Below are positions 26,020 through 33,099 of a stretch of DNA of 35,687 bases, piece by piece (the first letter of the stretch is position 1; the number at the start of each line of letters is the position of its first letter). The DNA lies in contig CAYGZY010000060.1 in assembly GCA_964354485.1 (NCBI GenBank), forward strand, positions 1 through 35,687, written 5' to 3'. Position numbers and translations under genes: made by a program. The notes beneath the pieces are model-generated. The model searched no databases. It was given only the letters and a program-made list of their open reading frames with translations, and had not been told where the DNA came from. Source of the DNA: an uncultured Chlorobiaceae bacterium. GTDB taxonomy: Bacteria; Bacteroidota; Ignavibacteria; UBA10030; SZUA-254.

Positions 26020-28584
26020 ATGATAAAAAATATTTTACTGGTTTTTATTTGTTTCTTCACAGTTTCTTTTGCGCAGATAAAGGTTAAAGAAACTACTATA
26101 CCATCGTTTGAAATTAAACAAAATGACCTCGAGCTTACACGCCTCGCTCAACCGTATCAATACTTCGATAAAATCGGTCCCAGAGCGGGATTGATGGGAT
26201 ACGAGAGCGGAACATTCGAGATGTGGGTATGGCCCTGGAAACCGCTGAGGAATTTTGAATTACAATTTCTTCTCGGCACTACTACTCAACCGATACTCGG
26301 GAAGGATATTGTCCGTACGATATCTGTCACGCCTGAAGTAACAACATTGACCTACACATACGAATCCTTCACGGTAAAAGAATATATCCTTATACCGAGA
26401 GATGAGCCGGGTGCCATTCTTCTTCTCGATGTTCATACCACAACCCCGCTCGCTATCATACCGGGATTTATTCCGGTGATGCAGCCGATGTGGCCTGCCG
26501 GCATAGGCGGACAATTCAGTTATTGGGAAGATGAGATGCATGGCTATGTGATATCCGAAGCCCAATGGCGTGCTGTAGTGTTCTGCGGTTCGCCGGCAGG
26601 GCAGCAGATGGCAGCGCCGCCCGCACACATGTTCGGCGATAATCCGCTACAGTTTAAAATAGAAGTGAAACCGGGTGAAACCGAAGGAAAGTTCATACCG
26701 ATCATCATCACGGGTGCGGTGCCGAATTCCACCGACTGGAAAATGAAGATGGACTCGGTGAAGGCGATTTATACAAGATTATGGCAGAACGCTGAAAAAT
26801 ATTATCGTGAGAACTATGATTATTACCGGAATCTTCGTAGCTCGACGATGCAGATTGAAACACCCGACAAGGAAATCAATCTTGCATACGAGTGGGGTAA
26901 AGTGGCGCTTGATAATTTAATGATCAAGAATCCCCGGCTCGGTTACGGCATGGTCGCAGGCATCGGACTTTCGGGCGGCGGCGCGCGCCCAGGTTTCGCA
27001 TGGTACTTCGGCGGCGATGCGTTCATCAATGTGCTTACACTGAACAGCGTCGGAATGTTTCAGCAAGCCAGAGATGCACTCGCATTCACCCAAAAGTGGC
27101 AGAGACAGGATAATTTTCCGATTCGCAAAAAGAATCCGGGCGATCCTCCAAGGGATGTAGGCAAGATGTCCCATGAGCTGTCGCAAAGCGACGGTATCTG
27201 TGATTGGTGGAACGATTATCATTACGGTTACAACCATGCCGACACATCGCCATGGTATCTCGTGGCAATGGGGGATTATGTGCGTACCAGTGGTGATGTG
27301 GAGTTTCTGAAACAGAACTGGAAATCGGTGAAGCAGGCTTACGAATGGTGCTTAAGTAAAGACAGCGACGGCGATGGATTGATGGATCTCAAGGGGGCGG
27401 GTCTGGGCGCGTTGGAGTTCGGCAAGCTCGTCGGCATCTACGCTGATCTGTATACCTGCGGCATATTTGTGCAGGGCATAAAAGAAATGAAATATATGGC
27501 GGAGTTAGTCGGTGATGATTCGACGGTAACTCAGGCAGATACACAGCTCAAAAAAGCACAACCACGATTGGAAGAATTATTCTGGTTAGAAAAAGAAGGT
27601 TACTATGCTTACGGCGCGACCGAGAAGGGCGAGCAGGTGCGTGAGAAAACTCCGTGGTCCGGTATTGCTATGATGTTTGGCTTATTGAGCGAAGAGCGGA
27701 CAGCGGAGAGCATAGAGAATTTTAATTCGGCGGATATGTGTACGGATTGGGGGATTCGGACACTTTCGAAGAAATCAGACCTATTCGATCCGACAAACTA
27801 CAACTACGGTGCGGTCTGGCCATTCATATCGTCGTTTTTTAACACGGCACAGTTTAAGCATAATTATGCATTACCGGGTTATCAGCTGCTTCGCTCAACA
27901 ATCAAACACGCGTTCGATCATGCGCTCGGAGTGGTGCCGGAAGTCTTTTCGGGCGAGTTGAATGAGAAACTTGGTGAAGGTTACCACCATCAGGGTTTCT
28001 CAACAACAGGATACCTGCTGCCTCTGGTGAGAGGATTGTTGGGATTGGAGAGAAACGCTCTGCTCAATCATCTCGATGTTAAGCCGGGCATACCTATGAC
28101 ATGGGATTCGGTGACGATAAGGAATTTAGTAATCGGATCACAGTCACACGATTTAGTAATTCATAATCACAGCAGCGGGAGCTCGCTAAGTATGTTGGAT
28201 AAAAATCCCACTGCGATTGATGTGAGCTTCCAGCCGATGTCAGTTGCAAATCGGGGATTAAATAGCTCCCGCCTGATAGCGCCTGAAAAAATCACGAAAG
28301 TAGATTATCCCCCCATTCCCGTGATCGAATTACCGGAACCTGATGGGAAAATAGGAATAACCAACAGCGGTCTAAGAATCGTTTCTTCACGACTTGAGGA
28401 AAAAAGAATTATTTACCTGGCCGAGGGTTTAGGAGGTAAAACATATCGGGCTATCCTGAAAAATCCGTATTTGGTGATGAAAGTTGAGGGAGCGAAAGTA
28501 GAAAAGGATGAGCTGATAATCTCATTCGAGAATACTTCCAAAACAGACTTTGCTCGGAAAGAGATAATCATTACATTCAAATAA
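26020..28584 (+). CDS. Secreted glycoside hydrolase-like protein, glycogen-debranching-enzyme C-terminal (GDE_C / amylo-alpha-1,6-glucosidase) type (alpha/alpha)6 barrel
   Basis: Signal peptide ending SFAQ. Motifs GFAWYFGGDAFI and HADTSPWYLVAMGDYVRTSGDVEFL resemble the YFGRD and DATLWF..A...Y...TGD motifs of GDE_C proteins. AGGAG lies upstream of the ATG. Confidence 0.55.
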   Translation: MIKNILLVFICFFTVSFAQIKVKETTIPSFEIKQNDLELTRLAQPYQYFDKIGPRAGLMGYESGTFEMWVWPWKPLRNFELQFLLGTTTQPILGKDIVRTISVTPEVTTLTYTYESFTVKEYILIPRDEPGAILLLDVHTTTPLAIIPGFIPVMQPMWPAGIGGQFSYWEDEMHGYVISEAQWRAVVFCGSPAGQQMAAPPAHMFGDNPLQFKIEVKPGETEGKFIPIIITGAVPNSTDWKMKMDSVKAIYTRLWQNAEKYYRENYDYYRNLRSSTMQIETPDKEINLAYEWGKVALDNLMIKNPRLGYGMVAGIGLSGGGARPGFAWYFGGDAFINVLTLNSVGMFQQARDALAFTQKWQRQDNFPIRKKNPGDPPRDVGKMSHELSQSDGICDWWNDYHYGYNHADTSPWYLVAMGDYVRTSGDVEFLKQNWKSVKQAYEWCLSKDSDGDGLMDLKGAGLGALEFGKLVGIYADLYTCGIFVQGIKEMKYMAELVGDDSTVTQADTQLKKAQPRLEELFWLEKEGYYAYGATEKGEQVREKTPWSGIAMMFGLLSEERTAESIENFNSADMCTDWGIRTLSKKSDLFDPTNYNYGAVWPFISSFFNTAQFKHNYALPGYQLLRSTIKHAFDHALGVVPEVFSGELNEKLGEGYHHQGFSTTGYLLPLVRGLLGLERNALLNHLDVKPGIPMTWDSVTIRNLVIGSQSHDLVIHNHSSGSSLSMLDKNPTAIDVSFQPMSVANRGLNSSRLIAPEKITKVDYPPIPVIELPEPDGKIGITNSGLRIVSSRLEEKRIIYLAEGLGGKTYRAILKNPYLVMKVEGAKVEKDELIISFENTSKTDFARKEIIITFK

Positions 28585-28688
28585 CTTCTACGCACTTTCT
28601 TCACCGCTCTGGTATATTGATTAATTTGTATCCAGGACAGCAAAGAAAAATAATTTGTGTAACATCAGAATAACCCTCACCCTGTAAC

Positions 28689-28712
28689 CCCTCTCCCGAT
28701 TTCGGGAGAGGG
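28689..28712 (+). promoter_or_regulatory. Perfect 11-bp hairpin (CCCTCTCCCGA-tt-TCGGGAGAGGG) just upstream of the hydrolase start
   Basis: 28689-28699 is the exact reverse complement of 28702-28712. The 3' arm contains the only purine-rich SD-like sequence (GGGAGAGGG) ahead of the ATG at 28724. No T-tract follows, so it is not a classical terminator. Confidence 0.4.
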
Positions 28713-28723
28713 TGGAACACGAA

Positions 28724-31141
28724 ATGAAAAAACTAAACATCCTCAAATACTTAGAACGAAAAGACAAATGGTACCTTGGCGGAGGCAACCGTCTCATCTG
28801 GACGCCGCCGTTTCCTGTCTGGCTTGATTATCCCGGTTTCTGGGATAAGGCGCATTACTACAACTACGAGATCGAACCGGTTTATACATGGACGATACTA
28901 GATGAGGATGGAGTAGAAATTCCTCTAAGAGGGGAGGAGAGAAAGTGGGATCCGTCGAAGCTTGTGATGGAGCTAAGAGCTGAGAGCATAGAGCAGAGAG
29001 CCGAGAGTAAGGCACAAAGAACAAAGTACAAACAACAAAGTACAAATAGCGATGAGCGGGGAGCGTTGAGTGTTGAGGAATCAAAATGCTGTTTGCCGAA
29101 CGATGTGCTGACATCGGTTATCAGCATTAAAAACAATTCTAAGAATTCAAGGAAGCTGCATCTCATTGCATGGACTGTCCAACCGAACTATCCTTCAAAA
29201 AAAACGTCCCGGTTATCGGATATTAATGTCGGGAGTAATCATATTCTCTTCAGAAAACATCTTCACAGAGATAACGCTCCAGTCCTACCTGTTGATTGTG
29301 TCTTTGGTATAAATCGAAAAATCAAATCGTATTCCGTCAACCTCAGCGAAGGATCTGCAATTCAACCGTACTGGCGATTGACTCCGTTTGCCGAAAAGTT
29401 CAGGAACGACAGATTACCAAATGAGAAAAAATTGTCGGGGATAAATAAGGATGGGTTGGTTTTTATGGCTTTGCATAGGAGCATAGAGCTTAGAGATGAG
29501 AGCAGAGAATCGGTGGCTGTCTTTTTTACTGCCGCACCTGGCAGAGCTGAGGCGAGTAAGAATTATTCTACCGCATCAAAATTAAAAGATCCCCTCAATA
29601 CAAGCGGGAAAAATTGGACCGATTACTTTGCGAGCTTGCCGTACTTCCGTTGTTCAGATGAATACCTTACTCGCTATTACTGGTACCGGTGGTACGGACT
29701 AAAATTGATGACCATGGACGGAAAAGAGGGGAACTACAAGTATCCGTCGGTGTGCGAAGGAATCGGATACTTCAGAGCGCCAATCTCCTACAGTGCCATG
29801 TGTCATATGCTCGAGAATCGATGGCGCCGTGATCCAAATCTCGCACAGGGAAGTCTTCTCACATTCATCGATAATCAGCGGAAGGATGGAGGTTTCCGCG
29901 GATACATCGATATGAACTATTACCGACAAGAAATGCTTGGGGTGAGCATAGTCGAACCCTTTTACCATGCAAATTGGGGGAATGCCGTTCGGGAGTTGTA
30001 TCGTATCCATCCTGATAAAGAATTCCTGAAGAAGGCATATAACGGATTGGTTAAGTATGTCCGTTATTTTGATCGTGAACGTGATCCGGAAAGGAGCGGA
30101 TTATACGACATCGATAACCATTACGAAACAGGGCAGGAGTACATGCATCGGTATCTTGCAGTTGATCCTGGCGCCGATAAAGATAATTGGGGAAGAGTGT
30201 TTCGATTGAAGGGTGTGGATGTCACTGTTTATATTTATGAGTTGAAGAAAACGCTGGCTTGGATGGCGGAGGTTCTAAAACGCAAAGGCCTGCCCGCCTA
30301 CGGTGCCCGCCATACCCGCTCGACCGATACGATCGGGCGAGCCGATGACGGGCTGGTTCAGGTGGGCGCAGAGATTGTAAAGTGGCGCAAAGAGGCGGAG
30401 AAAATAAAACAGGCGATCGTTGAAAAAATGTGGGATCCGAAAGAGGAAATGTTCTTTGACATTAATCCAAAAACAGGCAAGAGAACAAAAGTAAAAGCGG
30501 CAGTTTGTTTCTACCCTTATATGACGGACATCGTTTCAGAAAAACATTTACAAGGTTTGAAAAAGCATCTTCTCAATCCGGGAGAATTCCGGACAAAATA
30601 TCCCGTCCCGTCATCATCGGCGGATGATAAATATTTCTCTGCGGAATCCGAATGGAAAGGGAAAAGAATGAATTGTCCGTGGAACGGGCGCGTATGGCCC
30701 ATGACGAACAGTCATATGGCGGAAGTACTGGCGCAGTGTGCGATTAGATTTAAGAGCAAAGAGCTGAGAGCGATGAGCGGGGAGTTTATTTACAAGTATA
30801 TCAGGATGATGTTTTTTAATAACGATCCAGGACGTCCGAATTGCTTCGAGCACTACAATCCGATCTCAGGCGAACCCTCTGTCTATCGCGGAGTGGATGA
30901 TTACCAGCATTCGTGGATTGTGGATCTGCTCATTAAATACCTCGCAGGTGTCCGACCGGAAGAGAGACAAATTGTAGTAGATCCGTTTCCGTTTCAGGCG
31001 GATTACTTTACGCTCGATAACCTCTTTATCTGTGGGAGGAAGTTAAAAATTGTCAAGCGATCGCGAAGAGTCACAGTTTGGATCAACGGAAAGAAATACG
31101 GTACCTCAACTACGGGAAAATGCGTCGAGGTACCGCTGTGA
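28724..31141 (+). CDS. Cytoplasmic (alpha/alpha)6 glycoside hydrolase, GH63 / MGH1-like or GH37-like
   Basis: No signal peptide. Motifs DIDNHYETGQEY, FIDNQRKDGGFRGY and NCPWNGRVWPMTNSHMAEVL are typical of trehalase / mannosylglycerate-hydrolase-like six-hairpin enzymes. I prefer the ATG at 28724 to the track GTG at 28712, which lies inside the hairpin stem. Confidence 0.55.
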   Translation: MKKLNILKYLERKDKWYLGGGNRLIWTPPFPVWLDYPGFWDKAHYYNYEIEPVYTWTILDEDGVEIPLRGEERKWDPSKLVMELRAESIEQRAESKAQRTKYKQQSTNSDERGALSVEESKCCLPNDVLTSVISIKNNSKNSRKLHLIAWTVQPNYPSKKTSRLSDINVGSNHILFRKHLHRDNAPVLPVDCVFGINRKIKSYSVNLSEGSAIQPYWRLTPFAEKFRNDRLPNEKKLSGINKDGLVFMALHRSIELRDESRESVAVFFTAAPGRAEASKNYSTASKLKDPLNTSGKNWTDYFASLPYFRCSDEYLTRYYWYRWYGLKLMTMDGKEGNYKYPSVCEGIGYFRAPISYSAMCHMLENRWRRDPNLAQGSLLTFIDNQRKDGGFRGYIDMNYYRQEMLGVSIVEPFYHANWGNAVRELYRIHPDKEFLKKAYNGLVKYVRYFDRERDPERSGLYDIDNHYETGQEYMHRYLAVDPGADKDNWGRVFRLKGVDVTVYIYELKKTLAWMAEVLKRKGLPAYGARHTRSTDTIGRADDGLVQVGAEIVKWRKEAEKIKQAIVEKMWDPKEEMFFDINPKTGKRTKVKAAVCFYPYMTDIVSEKHLQGLKKHLLNPGEFRTKYPVPSSSADDKYFSAESEWKGKRMNCPWNGRVWPMTNSHMAEVLAQCAIRFKSKELRAMSGEFIYKYIRMMFFNNDPGRPNCFEHYNPISGEPSVYRGVDDYQHSWIVDLLIKYLAGVRPEERQIVVDPFPFQADYFTLDNLFICGRKLKIVKRSRRVTVWINGKKYGTSTTGKCVEVPL
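28970..29081. repeat. 16 phase-locked heptamers embedded in-frame in the hydrolase CDS
   Basis: gagctaa gagctga gagcata gagcaga gagccga gagtaag gcacaaa gaacaaa gtacaaa caacaaa gtacaaa tagcgat gagcggg gagcgtt gagtgtt gaggaat. This is translated as ELRAESIEQRAESKAQRTKYKQQSTNSDERGALSVEE. Confidence 0.7.
30286..30370. repeat. Copy of the CCCGCC/GGGCTGGTT intergenic repeat family embedded in-frame in the hydrolase CDS
   Basis: aggcctgcccgcc (30286-30298) is identical to 4769-4781 in the larA-aroF spacer. gggctggtt (30350-30358) is identical to 5293-5301. An internal hairpin gctcga-ccgat-acg-atcgg-gcgagc lies at about 30317-30343. Translated as GLPAYGARHTRSTDTIGRADDGLVQVGA. Confidence 0.6.
30754..30788. 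repeat. Five phase-locked heptamers embedded in-frame in the hydrolase CDS
   Basis: gagcaaa gagctga gagcgat gagcggg gagttta. taagagcaaagagc (30751-30764) is identical to 8581-8594. agcgatgagcggggag (30769-30784) is identical to 29048-29063. A further short run, gagcata gagctta gagatga gagcaga, lies at 29479-29506. Confidence 0.6.
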
Positions 31142-31145
31142 AAAC

Positions 31146-32231
31146 TCAGATGTTCGTCCCCTCCTCGTTATAAACAGCTATCCCATTATCGGTTCCGATC
31201 CATAAATTCTTCCGGATAGGGTCAAAGAAGAGAGACTGGATATTGTTGCTCGGTAATGCAGGAGTATTTGACTGTGTATAGATAGTCCAGGTTGTATCCT
31301 TAAGCTGGACCAGTCCCACGCTTGTTCCAAACCATCGTATATCATATAAGTTCGTAGTTGCTGCATTGATATATGCATTAGGGAGTATGTTCCCCGTGTT
31401 TCCGGGAATGTAATTATTTTCCACCGCGGTACCCGGATTATATTCCGTCACTCCATAAAACTTTCCGGCCCACATGGTATTGGAATAATCAACTGCGAGT
31501 GAGTAAACCGGAGATATATATCCCGGTTGCAGATCATGAAAGGACCACGACCAGGGCGAAGATCGAGTGTTGACGTATGCCACACCTTCCGGAGCGCCAA
31601 AGAAGACCCATTCGTTGAATGGATTGGTAGTGATGCATCGCACTAAGCTTGATCTGAACTTATCAGGGGATTCCTGTACAAATTGTCCGTCGAGAGGATC
31701 TTCTGTCGCTAGCGTGGGCGGGACGTACCGGTGAACACCGTTGTTGTTCACAGCTGTCCAGACATCACCGTTAACTGATTTTAACGCACCAATCCCGTCG
31801 ATAACATTACCAGAGAAATCGAATCGCTTCCATGTCTTAAATGACCCGCTGGTTTTATAGCGGTTATATGCTCGCAGTCCGCCGCCGGCAAGACCGAACC
31901 AGAGGATCCCGCCTCTACCTTCAGCAATCGTATTGACTACATATTGAGTGCGTCTCGGATTGTAAACAGTCCAGGCCAACGAATCCCTAAAGGTTGTCCA
32001 TCGGCCGGTGGTATATTTTGATGCGCCGCTGTCGGTTCCGAACCAAATCGATCCTTCTCCGTCCTTGGTGATGCAGTGAATGTAATTGCTCATCAGACCC
32101 GGGGCAACGGCGGATGTGATCGTTATCCAGACAGGACCCCTGTCTTTGCCGTCTTTACTGTTATCCTTGCAGGATGTGAACATCAGTGAGAATGTTAATA
32201 TTGCCGTAAATAAAAGATATGGTGCTTTCAT
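31146..32231 (-). CDS. Lipoprotein with two-component-regulator-propeller (Reg_prop) type beta-propeller repeats; no kinase or response-regulator domain
   Basis: Lipobox LMFTSC. Repeats IHCITKDGEGSIWFGTDSGASKY, AEGRGGILWFGLAGGGLRAYN and DPIRKNLWIGTDNGIAVYNE. This is the only minus-strand gene. It is convergent with the hydrolase gene, with a 4-nt gap. Confidence 0.7.
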   Translation of the reverse strand: MKAPYLLFTAILTFSLMFTSCKDNSKDGKDRGPVWITITSAVAPGLMSNYIHCITKDGEGSIWFGTDSGASKYTTGRWTTFRDSLAWTVYNPRRTQYVVNTIAEGRGGILWFGLAGGGLRAYNRYKTSGSFKTWKRFDFSGNVIDGIGALKSVNGDVWTAVNNNGVHRYVPPTLATEDPLDGQFVQESPDKFRSSLVRCITTNPFNEWVFFGAPEGVAYVNTRSSPWSWSFHDLQPGYISPVYSLAVDYSNTMWAGKFYGVTEYNPGTAVENNYIPGNTGNILPNAYINAATTNLYDIRWFGTSVGLVQLKDTTWTIYTQSNTPALPSNNIQSLFFDPIRKNLWIGTDNGIAVYNEEGTNI

Positions 32232-32394
32232 GTTTGGATTTTTTTGTAAAAAATGGTATTTATACGTTTGACGTAATTTACGAAAGAAAGTTTCATCAAC
32301 AAAATGGATATTTTTTAGGATATTTCATTAAATCACTTAGAGGTTACCGTCCTGCACAGGGGTATTAAAAACCTGTTAAATGGCAGTAAAAAAC

Positions 32395-32423
32395 TTGACT
32401 TGAATATATTTTTTTCCTATACT
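32395..32423 (+). promoter_or_regulatory. Sigma-70-type promoter candidate for the lipoprotein-TBDR operon
   Basis: TTGACT (32395-32400), a 17-nt spacer, then TATACT (32418-32423). It lies 56 nt upstream of the ATG at 32480, in an AT-rich divergent spacer. Confidence 0.5.
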
Positions 32424-32479
32424 ACACTTGTAATTAAATCGTTAACGATTCCCCCTAACTGCCACGTCGGGTTAAATAT

Positions 32480-33073
32480 ATGAAGACATACAAACGATTT
32501 ATCTCCTGGGTCGCGGTCATAACTGTCTTACTTTTACATCTCTTAGTGAATATCGGGTGTCAGTACGAATACTCATCCCCTCTTCCGGGTGTAATTGAAA
32601 TTCGTCTGAAAACAATTTCCGACACGACACAGATAGATTTCTCGCCCCTTAATAGTTTCACACTAAAGATTTCACAGCAAATGACCATTCGGTCAAGCGG
32701 CTCGAAGGTTCTGATCTACAGCGATATTAAAGCCTTCGAAACGAAACCGATAATTGTTAACACGCTGGATCCTCGGGCGAGAGATTCAACGCTGGTAATC
32801 GGACAGACATACGCACCCCCGGACGAATACATCGGCGTCGATGTTCTGCTTGAGCCCGCGGAGGAAGTAATTTTGCGTGGATATCAGGTGATCGATGTCC
32901 TGAGACCGGAAGGATTCACTGCGCTCTTGTCATTCCGAAAACCATTCCATGTCACTGAAGGCAAACAAACGATAATCACGCTGACTATCGATCTTTCAAA
33001 ATCCCTGCAGAAGGGTGCATTCACTTATATGTTTGTTCCCTACTACGAAATTACGAGCATTCAATATCAATGA
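32480..33073 (+). CDS. Small lipoprotein, possibly DUF4382-like
   Basis: Lipobox VNIGC. The all-beta-looking mature part begins PGVIEIRLKTISD. The function call is weak. Confidence 0.4.
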   Translation: MKTYKRFISWVAVITVLLLHLLVNIGCQYEYSSPLPGVIEIRLKTISDTTQIDFSPLNSFTLKISQQMTIRSSGSKVLIYSDIKAFETKPIIVNTLDPRARDSTLVIGQTYAPPDEYIGVDVLLEPAEEVILRGYQVIDVLRPEGFTALLSFRKPFHVTEGKQTIITLTIDLSKSLQKGAFTYMFVPYYEITSIQYQ

Positions 33074-33099
33074 ACGTCCAAGTATGAGGAAAACCCAGA

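Noticed and set aside
28712-28723. GTG start at 28712 for the GH63-like gene.
   Set aside because: The GTG begins at the last base of the 11-bp hairpin stem and has no spacing from the SD-like GGGAGAGGG. The ATG at 28724 (MKKLNIL...) has proper spacing.
31142-31145. Bidirectional terminator between the convergent hydrolase (+) and propeller lipoprotein (-) genes.
   Set aside because: Only 4 nt separate the two stop codons, so there is no room for a structure. Any terminator must lie inside the opposing coding sequence, and I could not identify a convincing one.
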